Positions 18,891-28,754 of a DNA stretch of 64,000 nucleotides are shown one piece after another. The notes beneath the pieces were generated by a model. The model was not told where the DNA came from. It made no database searches and saw nothing but the letters and a program-made list of their open reading frames with translations. Made by a program: the position numbers and the translations under genes. Position 1 is the stretch's first letter. Every line of letters starts with the position of its first letter. This DNA comes from a virus, in the IMG/VR virus record IMGVR_UViG_3300033978_000724, positions 33,032 through 97,031 of that record, one strand, 5' to 3'.

Positions 18891-20459
18891 CTAATTAACC
18901 TCGACCCCATTCTGATCGACAGGTATTTCCACTAAATCAACCCCACCCACCTGACTCTCTACCTTCCCCAAAATAGTCGGCAAATCCAATCCCTCACTAA
19001 TCCCCTTGGCTACAGACTGGGGAGTAAGTACACCATATTTAAGCAATAAGTCATACCAGGGAATTAAATCAGTAGCCAATGGCGAGACTTCTTTTTTCTC
19101 TTCTAAATCAAAATTATCTGGCAACCATTTACCCTCTTTCAATAAAGATAAATATTGTTCTGTGTTGATGATACCTTTATCGTTTAACCCTCTGTATAAC
19201 TCCGCTTTAGCTAAGTCAATTTGTTTTTCTAGTACAGCAGAATTAACCTTAACCGTCCCGCCTTTACCTGGTTTGTTCTCCCATAACGCCCAGATATTAA
19301 ATACCGACTGAATAGCTGACTCCTTGTTTTTTGCCATATTAACCAAGTTAGCTTCTGACGATGCAGTGTCACGACTAATCTCTGTGGCTGTGGCTGTGGC
19401 TGTCCTAGCATTACCAGTCTGAAACGCCAAAGTTTTTAACCTCATCGCCTCAATTAATTTATCAATGTCATTCTGCATCGGACCGATAGCTTCAGGACCG
19501 GGTGAGATAAATGATGCCTCACAATTCTTGATGTACATATTGGAGCCAATAGTTATTTCTTCATCCCCTAAAGCACCCGGACTTAATTCTTTTATCTGAA
19601 GGAACGGACATAATTTGTGGATAAGGTCATCTTTATTACTTGATTTTTGGAATAGCTGTAATTCCATCTCAGCTAAATCATAGAGTGGAATAGGTGACAC
19701 TAGCGGGTCCTGAGATAATCCTGTGAGAGAATAGACAACGATAGGCATAACTGGCAGGGAATATTTGCCGTCTTCTATTAACACAGGGGTTTCAGTGTCT
19801 TCTTCCTCCTGCCAGACCTGATACCATTGATCGCCGATTACCCGGTATTGTTCTACTACCTTTTCCCCAAATGGTCCGTCTTCTACTATTAAAGATTGCT
19901 CAATAGTTAACTGAGTGATTGGATTATCTCTTGATTGGAGATTAGGGTTCGTTCTAGCATTAGGAATATCTTTTCTCTCTATCAATACTAAATAAGGTCG
20001 TCGTCCTAACTGTCTTGATTCATATAAGGTGCTAGGCGTTTCGGTAGGGTAATCTATTAGAATCAAACAAAATCCATGCTTTAAAGATGCAATATCAGCT
20101 TGTTGAAAAAAGACCTCAATACTATTCCCTTTACCATCTATATTGTCTTTATGTTCTAACAGTGACTCTAATACGTCTTCATTTAATACAAAGTTTAGGA
20201 ACCCGGCTGTACTTTGGATTGAATCTCTAAATACATTACGAAAATAAGAGTTAGCTATTCGTTTATGATATTGATCGCTAGGCTCCCCTGACTCTCTAGG
20301 GAGATAACGCATAATTTTTTCGCCATTATAAATACCCTCAAGCGGAGAATACCAAACACTCCGACCCTCGTACATATCATCCACAAACTCTAATTTCTTG
20401 TGTATCTCACGATAAAATAGTGATTCATAATTGGGAAAATCTTTGTTAGTATCGCTCAT
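18891..20459 (-). CDS. Portal protein (DUF4055-like)
   Basis: YLPRESGE..Y..R, DNIDGKGNSI, GFCLILIDYP, RPYLVLI, PLYDLA, TATEI motifs. Confidence 0.88.
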   Translation of the reverse strand: MSDTNKDFPNYESLFYREIHKKLEFVDDMYEGRSVWYSPLEGIYNGEKIMRYLPRESGEPSDQYHKRIANSYFRNVFRDSIQSTAGFLNFVLNEDVLESLLEHKDNIDGKGNSIEVFFQQADIASLKHGFCLILIDYPTETPSTLYESRQLGRRPYLVLIERKDIPNARTNPNLQSRDNPITQLTIEQSLIVEDGPFGEKVVEQYRVIGDQWYQVWQEEEDTETPVLIEDGKYSLPVMPIVVYSLTGLSQDPLVSPIPLYDLAEMELQLFQKSSNKDDLIHKLCPFLQIKELSPGALGDEEITIGSNMYIKNCEASFISPGPEAIGPMQNDIDKLIEAMRLKTLAFQTGNARTATATATEISRDTASSEANLVNMAKNKESAIQSVFNIWALWENKPGKGGTVKVNSAVLEKQIDLAKAELYRGLNDKGIINTEQYLSLLKEGKWLPDNFDLEEKKEVSPLATDLIPWYDLLLKYGVLTPQSVAKGISEGLDLPTILGKVESQVGGVDLVEIPVDQNGVEVN

Positions 20460-20510
20460 ATAACCTTTTTATGTATTATAATCATTGATAAATCATAACA
20501 TTAAAACACT

Positions 20511-21317
20511 ATGGAAGAAAATCAAATAGCCGACGATTCTAACTTAGAAGAAGCACCCGCCGAGCGTTCCCTGGAGGAACAATTAGAAGTTACTAAATTG
20601 ACGATGATCAAGGAGAGAAATAGAGGTAAACAGTTAGAAAAGGAAAATAAAGAGTTAAAAAGACAGCAGGACGCACAGCAGAAGCAGTTAGCTCAATTAC
20701 AACAACAGTTTGAACTGTTTTCTTTGGGTGGTGATAAACCAGTTACTCCTGATGTTGTTACTCCACAAGAGAAAAGATCAGAATCTCCTGATTTGGCTTA
20801 TCAACAAGCGGCTAAACAAGTAGTATCAGGATTGCAAAGAGAGAATGAAGAACTAAAAGCGGCGGCCGCTAATGAGAGAAAAGAGAGAAAAAATGCTGAA
20901 TTAAAAAAAGCTATTTTCACTGAATTTGTAAAAGCGGGCGGTATTTTACCGAGCGATCCTCAAGTTCTGAATATGCAAAACTCAGATGATAGCCCCTATG
21001 AGAACGTTGAATTAAAAATAATGTCTTCTGTTAAAGAGGAAAACGATGAGATATTCTTTGTGGATAAAAACGGGAACATAGAAACCGACGCTCAAGGAGT
21101 GCCTTTGACTATGGCGGGGAAAATGCAACGCATCCAACAGTCATTATCTTACAGCTCCTGTTTTAAATCTGATAATAATAATATAGGAATGGGAACACCA
21201 ACGGGAACTAAAAATAATTATACAAAAGGTGCTTCGGTTCGTTCTGGTAAAGACATGGCAACCGGAAAAGTAAAGTTAGAGGATATTTTAAACGGAAAAG
21301 CTGTGATTAGAGATTAA
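20511..21317 (+). CDS. Capsid scaffolding protein
   Basis: Acidic N-terminus, coiled coil, C-terminal F...GMGT; divergent from portal. Confidence 0.65.
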   Translation: MEENQIADDSNLEEAPAERSLEEQLEVTKLTMIKERNRGKQLEKENKELKRQQDAQQKQLAQLQQQFELFSLGGDKPVTPDVVTPQEKRSESPDLAYQQAAKQVVSGLQRENEELKAAAANERKERKNAELKKAIFTEFVKAGGILPSDPQVLNMQNSDDSPYENVELKIMSSVKEENDEIFFVDKNGNIETDAQGVPLTMAGKMQRIQQSLSYSSCFKSDNNNIGMGTPTGTKNNYTKGASVRSGKDMATGKVKLEDILNGKAVIRD

Positions 21318-21354
21318 TATAATTATTAAGGAATAATAAACAGAAGGGGAAATA

Positions 21355-21864
21355 GTGGCTAAAGACCGCATTAGAAAATGTGCGATATTACATTTCAAAA
21401 ACCCGAAAATCTGGCATTACCAAAAGTTAGCCAGTCTTTTTGGTGTATCTATCGCCACTATTTCCCGTTGGGCTAATAGCAAAGAATGGCAGTCAATGTC
21501 AGAGGCTTTTCAGTTCGTTGATATTCATTCTCAGGATGTAGTCGATCAGGTCTGGCAGGATAAACACCTACAGGAATTACAGGAGTGGCAAGATAAACAG
21601 AAAACTATTGCCAACTTTCAGACAGGTATAGTGATCCAGTTATGCCAGTTAACAGCAGACCTAATCAAAGAAGTGAAGGACGAAGAGGTGGCAGGACTTA
21701 GTAAATTAAAACAGATTGGTAATTTTAATTCCCTTGCATCGGCGATAGATAAACTCCAGAACAGAAGCACAGAAGCGATGACTCAGGTATTAAGTATTGA
21801 CAAGATATTAGAGGCGATAGATAACCCGGAACCTAAACAATTAGAGTTGGATTTTGGCGGGTAA
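21355..21864 (+). CDS. Putative terminase small subunit (N-terminal HTH)
   Basis: QKLASLFGVSIATISRWANSKEW HTH followed by a helical region. Confidence 0.6.
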   Translation: MAKDRIRKCAILHFKNPKIWHYQKLASLFGVSIATISRWANSKEWQSMSEAFQFVDIHSQDVVDQVWQDKHLQELQEWQDKQKTIANFQTGIVIQLCQLTADLIKEVKDEEVAGLSKLKQIGNFNSLASAIDKLQNRSTEAMTQVLSIDKILEAIDNPEPKQLELDFGG

Positions 21865-21953
21865 TCAAACCGCTTATATGGAGTGTGGAATTAAGCCATG
21901 CGACGCACTGAAGAAATATATGGCAGGTTAAATCACTGATCTAATTCTCGCTG

Positions 21954-21992
21954 GCCCGCCCTCCCGAAACAGGACGGGCTTATTTTATTTTT
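21954..21992 (+). terminator. Intrinsic terminator
   Basis: GCCCG-C-CCT..AGG-A-CGGGC followed by TTATTTTATTTTT. Confidence 0.6.
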
Positions 21993-22040
21993 ACCATGAA
22001 ACCATTGAGAACAAAGGAACCCAAAAAAGATTTAAAATAT

Positions 22041-22082
22041 CTTTGAAAATGTATTGACAATTCAAAAGTATTAATCTAGTAT
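22041..22082 (+). promoter_or_regulatory. Sigma70-type promoter with shared 22-bp core, copy 1
   Basis: TTGACA-17-TAGTAT; GTATTGACAATTCAAAAGTATT identical to reverse complement of 30609-30630. Confidence 0.75.
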
Positions 22083-22116
22083 AGGAAATGTAGATATTAA
22101 ATACAAAGGACAAAAA

Positions 22117-22449
22117 ATGAAACCAACAATAGGAAGAGACGCTTTAGCAAATAAAGCCAAGAAATTAGAGAAATACTTGTCAAATAAAGGTATTAAAGTA
22201 ATCCTGCTTAACCGCCTAAAATCTATTCACGGTCCCGATGATGACATCATTGAGTTAGACATAGAGAAGACATCTCACCTTCGGCTGTTGGCATCGGACC
22301 ACAACCCAGGCAAATTTGAATTGATTGGGATTGCTAGGTTGATTGAAAGAAATCAACTTACAGGCAATTTCTGGAACTTACTGGACGGACTAGACAAGAA
22401 TATTCTTTTGCCTGAATGTCCTGAACCAGATGATCAATACAACTTCTAG
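22117..22449 (+). CDS. Hypothetical protein
   Basis: Promoter plus ACAAAGGACAA leader upstream. Confidence 0.7.
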   Translation: MKPTIGRDALANKAKKLEKYLSNKGIKVILLNRLKSIHGPDDDIIELDIEKTSHLRLLASDHNPGKFELIGIARLIERNQLTGNFWNLLDGLDKNILLPECPEPDDQYNF

Positions 22450-22498
22450 CAGGTATATCACCCGGACCCTCACCCGGTCCGGTATTCACTAATAAAAT

Positions 22499-22693
22499 AT
22501 GAAAAAGAAAACAGAAAACCGTGGGGGACCCCGCCCCAACTCTGGAGCCAAAAAGAAAGGCTCCGCCGCTAGAGTGAAAGTATCCTTCACCCTAGAGCCG
22601 GAGTGTAAAGAGTTTTTAAGTAGTTTAGCTTTAGATCAGGGGGTAACTAGGTCTGATTGGCTTAACCAATTAATAAGAGAATTGATGGAATGA
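22499..22693 (+). CDS. Ribbon-helix-helix (CopG-like) regulator
   Basis: RGGPRPNSG then VSFTL strand and helices with GVTRSDWL. Confidence 0.8.
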   Translation: MKKKTENRGGPRPNSGAKKKGSAARVKVSFTLEPECKEFLSSLALDQGVTRSDWLNQLIRELME

Positions 22694-22730
22694 TTTTAAT
22701 AACGACTAGGGGGACCTGGTCGTTATTTGT

Positions 22731-23780
22731 TTATGTCAACCATTGCTCAATAACTGCTTTAGCCACTTCATACATCATTTTTGGCGGTACTGACATTCCT
22801 ATAATGTATTTGCCTATTTTGTCGTTTCTTGCTTGGTAATCGTCGGGGAAGGAGCCTAGGCGTTTCCATTCTCTGAAAGTTAGTCTTCTAGGACTGCTCC
22901 AGTGTTTGAATGAATCATAGGCAGAGGCTAAAGTGTAAGATGGTTTTTTGCTGTTTAACTTGACATGGTGAAATAATTTTCTCTTGGTCTCTCCGTTTCG
23001 TGTTACTCCAAACGAATAGTCTTCTCCTTCTTCTGTTAAATGCCAGTATTTTTTGTCGTAGTTACTTGAGAATAGCGTTTCTTCTATCTCATCCTGAGTC
23101 AAAACCTGTAAATCACTAGTAGCCTCACCCGCACTAATCCACCTATGTTTAGGATTTAATACCAACTTGTCAACAGAAATATCATTCCGAATAGCAATAA
23201 AAAATACCCGTTCTCTCTTTTGGGGAACCCCACAGTCAGCAGCATTAACAAGAAATAATTGTGGTCTATAACCAATCTCTTTGTATCGGTCAAATACCAT
23301 CTTGACATAACCTTTGGCGTTACCTTGAATCATTCCTTTGACGTTTTCTGCAATAGATACTTTAGGTCTTAATCGGTCAACTAAGTCCAGATAGTCAAAG
23401 AATAAATCATCTAATACCTGAACGGATTGCCCTTCTCTAAACTTCTTTCTCTTGCCCCAATCTTTTTCCCTATTCCCTGCCATAGAAAAAGCAGAACACG
23501 GCGGGGAACCATCCAATATGTCTAACTCATATAATTCTTGTGGTAAGTTTTTTTTTAATAAGTCTTTAATAGGACAAAGAAAATAGTATTTAGGATGGTG
23601 ATTGAGTTTGTAGTGATATGCCATCTCTGGATCAATATCATTAGCACCTATCATCTGACAGCCCGCTAATTTATAGCCCATGGTGCTGCCACCACCACAG
23701 GCAAAAGTAGAAAATACTTTTATGTCTTTTTGGGGTACTGATTTTAAATCAGTCAAAAACCATGCGTGAGGATTAGTCAT
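22731..23780 (-). CDS. DNA (cytosine-5) methyltransferase
   Basis: FACGGG (motif I), GSPPC (IV), ENV (VI), PQKRERVF (VIII); start MTNPHAW coupled to the upstream stop. Confidence 0.93.
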   Translation of the reverse strand: MTNPHAWFLTDLKSVPQKDIKVFSTFACGGGSTMGYKLAGCQMIGANDIDPEMAYHYKLNHHPKYYFLCPIKDLLKKNLPQELYELDILDGSPPCSAFSMAGNREKDWGKRKKFREGQSVQVLDDLFFDYLDLVDRLRPKVSIAENVKGMIQGNAKGYVKMVFDRYKEIGYRPQLFLVNAADCGVPQKRERVFFIAIRNDISVDKLVLNPKHRWISAGEATSDLQVLTQDEIEETLFSSNYDKKYWHLTEEGEDYSFGVTRNGETKRKLFHHVKLNSKKPSYTLASAYDSFKHWSSPRRLTFREWKRLGSFPDDYQARNDKIGKYIIGMSVPPKMMYEVAKAVIEQWLT

Positions 23781-24402
23781 TGTATTCAAAACCACACTTA
23801 GGACATTGATGATTAAAACTAAAAGAATCAACGTCTATTTCCTTTGTGACTCCTTCTTTTTGTTCTTTTGGTTCCATGCCTTCTGGTTCGGCATCTCTTT
23901 CATACTCTGCCTCTGGTACGAAGGTCTCACTATTATATTCACTCTCAACCACCTCAATCCCCACCGTCTGACTTTCCAACTCCATCAATAACTTATCTAA
24001 CTCCTCCCGACCATAACCAGTAGCATCAATATCATCCTGAAACCGTGTCAGTTCTTTTAACAACTTCTCAATATCATATTCACCCTCAGCGGATTTATTA
24101 TCTAATAACCTAGCCTTATCAGCTACATCCGGTGACACATCTACTATTATCGCAGGGACGACCGGCCAACCTTTTTGGATAGCCGCTTCTAAACGACCAT
24201 GACCTTTGATAATAGACATATCCCTTTTATTCGCCACAACAGGCTGATCGAACCCGGTCAAATCAATTGATCTTTTTAGTAATTCTATTTGTGATTGTGG
24301 ATGTTTTTTTGCATTCAATAGGTAAAGTTTTAATTCCTCTACGGGTACTAACTTTATCTCAGTAGGTATTTGATTGGGGTCAAATTGTTTTATTTTCTTC
24401 AC
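23773..24402 (-). CDS. ParB/Srx-like N-terminal domain protein with C-terminal CxxC
   Basis: NAKKH..QI..L..SI..GFDQPV..IIKGHGRLEAA..LDNK; CPKCGFE; typical phage methylase-associated gene. Confidence 0.85.
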   Translation of the reverse strand: MKKIKQFDPNQIPTEIKLVPVEELKLYLLNAKKHPQSQIELLKRSIDLTGFDQPVVANKRDMSIIKGHGRLEAAIQKGWPVVPAIIVDVSPDVADKARLLDNKSAEGEYDIEKLLKELTRFQDDIDATGYGREELDKLLMELESQTVGIEVVESEYNSETFVPEAEYERDAEPEGMEPKEQKEGVTKEIDVDSFSFNHQCPKCGFEYND

Positions 24403-24481
24403 TGTTTCTTGTTATTAAAAACTGTTTTTTATTCTAGCAGATTGAATCGCAATTACGATATTTATGGTAAAATATTTATAT

Positions 24482-24553
24482 AAAAATTCCCCTCGCTGGT
24501 TGGTACTGGAATACCGGGACCACAGGGGATGTAACCTAAATGGAGAGGTCACA
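24482..24553 (+). promoter_or_regulatory. Conserved structured leader L1
   Basis: One of four covarying copies; extended -10 TGGTAAAAT immediately upstream. Confidence 0.8.
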
Positions 24554-25183
24554 ATGAGTAATTTATCATATCAAGGAAACAGTATAACCCAAAGAGATGG
24601 CGACGGGTATGTCAACGCTACCCAAATGGCAAAAGCTAATGATGCAAGGTTTGACAACTGGATCGCAACCGAAAATGCTAAGGAATACCTGAAAGCCTTG
24701 CAGGAGTCTGATCTCCTGGAAATTCAGGAAAACAATAAAACCCTTATTGTTGTAGAGTCCAAAGGTTTTCCTGCTATTAAAACTATGTGGGTTCATCCTC
24801 TCGTTGCGATAGCCTTCGCTCAGTGGATTAGTCCAAGGTTTCATGTTTGGTGTAACCAGCATATTAAGACGTTACTAGAAACAGGTAAAACCACAACAGG
24901 CAAGTTTAAGCACAATCTTGAATGGTATGACCGCCTACTTTACTACAAAGCTAGGACAAAAATAGAAGTTGGTTATTTCTCAATCTTTGAAGAATTAAAC
25001 AATTCAATCATCAGCGAATTAGAACACTCTGGTTATACCTTGCCACTAGGTTCTGTCCCTGATATTAGCGTTGGACAATGTTTTTGTAATTACCTCAGAA
25101 GTATTGGCTATAACCTAGAGAAAATAACCAAACTTTATACTCATTATTATCCTGATGGACGGGTTATTTGCCAAGTTATCTAG
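24554..25183 (+). CDS. KilA-N protein with BstA-like C-terminal domain (C-terminus apparently truncated)
   Basis: DGYVNATQMAKA..WVHPLVAIAFAQWISPRF (KilA-N); GYFSIFEE..PDISVG..HYYPD; GAGAGG RBS supports start 24554. Confidence 0.8.
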   Translation: MSNLSYQGNSITQRDGDGYVNATQMAKANDARFDNWIATENAKEYLKALQESDLLEIQENNKTLIVVESKGFPAIKTMWVHPLVAIAFAQWISPRFHVWCNQHIKTLLETGKTTTGKFKHNLEWYDRLLYYKARTKIEVGYFSIFEELNNSIISELEHSGYTLPLGSVPDISVGQCFCNYLRSIGYNLEKITKLYTHYYPDGRVICQVI

Positions 25184-25262
25184 GGCGGTCGCAATCTTAG
25201 CATTTCAACCCGGTGGAGTAGAAATATTTGGGCAAAAGTACGAGGCGAAGCTAACAAAATAA

Positions 25263-25335
25263 TGCGTCTTACTGGAATCGAACCAGCCTTAAGGTGAATT
25301 ATGAGTTCACTGCCTCCCCAATCGGCCAAAAACGC
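25263..25335 (-). tRNA. tRNA with CAT anticodon (Ile2 or Met), CCA not encoded
   Basis: Acceptor GCGTTTT/AAGACGC, D stem GCC/GGC, anticodon arm GTGAA-CTCATAA-TTCAC, T arm GCTGG-TTCGATT-CCAGT, discriminator A; TATAAT at 25346-25351. Confidence 0.88.
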
Positions 25336-25356
25336 TAATGAGATTATTATACCTTG

Positions 25357-25824
25357 TTACGCCACATCTCTCAAATAAATCAGCAACCCATAATGAGCAA
25401 TACATAAAGCATCTGCCATGCCATCATGTTGCTTCCTACATCTTGGTAAAATCAAATTAACCTGCGGATAACGTCTGGTACAGAAATCTATCGCCGCATC
25501 TTTATCTTTAGCCGTACCACTCAATACCGATCCTTTCCACTTCTGAGGTGTTACTAATTCTAACGGTATTCCCGCTCCCATCACCGCACCTAACACCATG
25601 CCGTAACCTTTGCCAAAAGAAAAAGTAGAAGCGACTCCCTGTCCTGGCATAGAATGAACCTGCTCTGATATTACTAACTCAACTTTATGACTTCTTAATG
25701 TCTCAATCAACGCCGAAACATTAATATCTTTACCAGAAATAGGAATAGGATAAGTAAACGCCTTATTGCCATCTATAATAGCTATTCCACCCTTCAAACC
25801 TGGATCAATTCCACATATAATCAT
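25357..25824 (-). CDS. RuvC-like Holliday junction resolvase
   Basis: GIDPGLKGGIA, EQVHSMPGQGVASTFSFG, PQKWK, DGMADALCIA. Confidence 0.9.
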   Translation of the reverse strand: MIICGIDPGLKGGIAIIDGNKAFTYPIPISGKDINVSALIETLRSHKVELVISEQVHSMPGQGVASTFSFGKGYGMVLGAVMGAGIPLELVTPQKWKGSVLSGTAKDKDAAIDFCTRRYPQVNLILPRCRKQHDGMADALCIAHYGLLIYLRDVA

Positions 25825-25859
25825 AGATATATTTTAACTAATTAATTTCTATAATTATA

Positions 25860-27329
25860 ATGCAGAAATCTTCACGATCAACAAAAGAACTATTAACGCC
25901 ATTAACTACCGCATCAGCTACCAGGTTTTTAAAGAATAAAATAAAATCATCTGATACTAAAGAGAAATTATCATGGGTAGATTTTGCTAAGAAATGCCAG
26001 ATACGGTCGGGGCGTGAGTTAATACCATTCACCCCGTATGATTGGCAGGAGCAGTTTTTAGAACAAATAGAAAAACATTCTGGTATCGTTTTATGCAAAT
26101 CAAGGCAATTAGGAGCCACAGAATTTATTGGCAACTGGTTATTATGGCAGGCATCAAACGATCCTGGTTTCGTTGCAGTGGTATTCTCCAAAACTCAATC
26201 AGACTCTAGTGACATCGCCAAGCGAGTAAGAGATATGATTGTCACCTATCCTGACTTAGCATTTGAAACTAACAACCAAAAAGATTTAAAATTATTGAAT
26301 GGTGGCAGGATTATCTTTAAAGCATCAACACCTAACGCCGCCCGTGGTATTCCTTCGGTGGCAGTAGTAGTATTTGATGAATGTGCTTTTGTGGAAGGGG
26401 TAGAAACGATATACGCATCAGCACAGCCCGCTACTTCTATGTTAGGTGATAAAGCTAAGACAATATTAATGAGTACCCCAAATGGTCAACAAGGTTTCTA
26501 TTGGGAGATGTTACGAGAGGGGAACGAATCAGAAGAAATATTAAATATTTGCCGAGGCATCAGGACAGGAGAATTACCACCTGTCCTGTATTGGTCTGAC
26601 AATCATTGGTGCAAGTTTTTTGTACACTGGAAATCTCACCCGGTTTATGCCTCTGATGAGAATTACTTACAGAAAGTGAAGGACAGGCAGAAATTAACCG
26701 ACGCTCAATTACAGAGAGAATATGACCTAAACTTTGAGGAAGCAGTAAACGCACTCTATCCACAGGAATTAGTATTAAGAGGTGCTAGAGGCGTATTCCA
26801 GAACGCTATGCAAGGTAGAAAATACATAGCCGGCATTGATCCGGCATTTGGTGGTTCTGATTATTTCTGCTTGACTATTTGGGATGTTAGTTTTAATCCA
26901 TACCAATTAGTCAGGATGTACCGAGAGAATAATAAGAGTAAGGATTATAACTTAGTGAACACGGTACAGATATTAAGTCAATATCGCCCGTCTGTTGTGG
27001 GGGTGGAAAGTAATTCAGGCGGGCGGTTAATACTTGAGGATTTAATAAACAAGATGCCATGGTGCAAGATTGAGGCTGTGAACACCACTGAATCATCTAA
27101 GATTGTCGCCACGGATAGATTATTATTACTATTGGAGCGTGATCAGGTGATCTACCCGGATTGTGAGTTAAAATCTGAACTACTCAACTTTAGGGAATCA
27201 ATCAATGGTACCAGGAGAAAAAGAGAGGCAATAGCTGGTCATGATGATACTGTCATGAGTTCTGCTATTGCCTTTAGTGTGTTCTCTATTCCTTTCTTTG
27301 ATGCTGGAATAGGAACGGTTAGATACTAA
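25860..27329 (+). CDS. Terminase large subunit
   Basis: KSRQLGAT Walker A variant, VVFDE Walker B, STPNG, GIDPA, HDDTVMS nuclease motifs. Confidence 0.93.
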   Translation: MQKSSRSTKELLTPLTTASATRFLKNKIKSSDTKEKLSWVDFAKKCQIRSGRELIPFTPYDWQEQFLEQIEKHSGIVLCKSRQLGATEFIGNWLLWQASNDPGFVAVVFSKTQSDSSDIAKRVRDMIVTYPDLAFETNNQKDLKLLNGGRIIFKASTPNAARGIPSVAVVVFDECAFVEGVETIYASAQPATSMLGDKAKTILMSTPNGQQGFYWEMLREGNESEEILNICRGIRTGELPPVLYWSDNHWCKFFVHWKSHPVYASDENYLQKVKDRQKLTDAQLQREYDLNFEEAVNALYPQELVLRGARGVFQNAMQGRKYIAGIDPAFGGSDYFCLTIWDVSFNPYQLVRMYRENNKSKDYNLVNTVQILSQYRPSVVGVESNSGGRLILEDLINKMPWCKIEAVNTTESSKIVATDRLLLLLERDQVIYPDCELKSELLNFRESINGTRRKREAIAGHDDTVMSSAIAFSVFSIPFFDAGIGTVRY

Positions 27330-27383
27330 ACGAATCTCTCAGGATAGGCTCTCTTTGCTTGCTCCAAAGAGAAAAGTTTTATC

Positions 27384-27605
27384 CTATTTGGTTAAATTGA
27401 CTCCGTTTAAACCGTTCACTACCATGTTGCTTAGTTCTTTTAGCACAATACAACTAAGCTCCGCCTCTGACGAAGAGGCTATTATTTTTTTTGTCATTTC
27501 CTCGTCTTGTAAAAACTGTGAAACCATTTCCTTCTTTTCTTCAAAGGTAAGGCAATGCTCCTCACATATATTTTCGTAAGCTATTTTTAATTGCTGTCTA
27601 TCCAT
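27384..27605 (-). CDS. Hypothetical protein
   Basis: GAGGG RBS; last gene of a leftward cluster. Confidence 0.6.
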   Translation of the reverse strand: MDRQQLKIAYENICEEHCLTFEEKKEMVSQFLQDEEMTKKIIASSSEAELSCIVLKELSNMVVNGLNGVNLTK

Positions 27606-27622
27606 TTTTCCCTCTTTGTTGG

Positions 27623-27790
27623 TTATTTGGTTAACTCTTTTAGCTCCTGATGGAGCCTCTGGTTTTTCTGCCTAAGACTGGTCACGGTCTTAAACAGGGC
27701 TTCGTTTTCTTTCAGGAGTCGCCTGACTGACTCTTCTAGCTCATCTCGTGTCATTTCTGACAACGGAATAGGCGCACCTGGTTTATTCAT
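27623..27790 (-). CDS. Small coiled-coil protein, 55 aa (not in ORF track)
   Basis: MNKPGAPIPLSEMTRDELEESVRRLLKENEALFKTVTSLRQKNQRLHQELKELTK; start overlaps upstream stop and fills the gap. Confidence 0.7.
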   Translation of the reverse strand: MNKPGAPIPLSEMTRDELEESVRRLLKENEALFKTVTSLRQKNQRLHQELKELTK

Positions 27791-28004
27791 GTGGTTCTAC
27801 CACTGAAATATACTTCTCTCCTTTTACATAGCGAAACTTTAAAAACCCGTCTCTAATTGCTTCGTCTAAATCCTGGCGAATAGTACAATCTACTGACCTG
27901 GTTCCTAGTTGGGATACAATATTCACCCATGCCATCTCTTTATGGACCGACTTACTTATTAATTGTTTTATTTTCTCTAGCATTGTTTGTTGATTTTCTA
28001 TCAT
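27783..28004 (-). CDS. Hypothetical protein
   Basis: AAGGAG RBS upstream. Confidence 0.65.
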   Translation of the reverse strand: MIENQQTMLEKIKQLISKSVHKEMAWVNIVSQLGTRSVDCTIRQDLDEAIRDGFLKFRYVKGEKYISVVEPHE

Positions 28005-28052
28005 CGTTTTTCTCCTTTTATTTTTAGTTTATCGTCGTTTCGGACGGGACTA

Positions 28053-28556
28053 TTAAAATACTACTTCGGGGTCTAATAACACCTGTTGGGATAAGTCTCT
28101 GTGATGATAGATGAAGTATTGCACGTCTCTAGGTAATAAGTTGTTTTCTATTGCGTTGGTTGTCCAACCGATATTTTTCCTGAGGATGTCAATCACCCAA
28201 GATAATTGACCGGCTGTCCCCCATATCCCTAACTTTCTACAAACATCTGCTTTCTGTCTAGCAGTGCCGGCCATGAATATTTGATGGGCTAAGTTAGCCG
28301 CCCGGACTCTCTCCGGGGTAACTACGGGATTTTCAGTCTCTAGTTTCTCTATTTCTTTATTAATAGCGTTCAACAAATAACCAAACACATCAGCATAATA
28401 CTTGGCGGTTGTGGCTACCTGAGTGTTTTCTGGATTGGCTTTAGCTACGGGTTCGTTATATCTAGTCATTTCTAACAATAAACTAACAATTCTAGTTTTG
28501 TTGTTATATTTTTTTGCTACTTTTAGCTGGGCCAATAATACTTTTAAGTTTTTCAT
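28053..28556 (-). CDS. Hypothetical protein
   Basis: Start MKNLKV follows a leader shared with gene 30219-30545. Confidence 0.7.
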   Translation of the reverse strand: MKNLKVLLAQLKVAKKYNNKTRIVSLLLEMTRYNEPVAKANPENTQVATTAKYYADVFGYLLNAINKEIEKLETENPVVTPERVRAANLAHQIFMAGTARQKADVCRKLGIWGTAGQLSWVIDILRKNIGWTTNAIENNLLPRDVQYFIYHHRDLSQQVLLDPEVVF

Positions 28557-28754
28557 TTTATTTTCCTCTCCCTTAAGCCGGAGTCGCTTTTCATTTGTTT
28601 CTATATTTTTATAATACACGGTTATCTGTATTTTAACCAGATAGACCTATATAAATTATTTATACCCTTCAATGAAAATCCACTATTTCACTTATCATTT
28701 AAAACATAGATAACCGTGCTAACCTGAGAATCATATATATAAAGGATAAAAACA

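Noticed and set aside
21900-21975. Hammerhead ribozyme (CTGAAGA ... CGAAAC)
   Set aside because: Could not build stems I-III around the core nucleotides.
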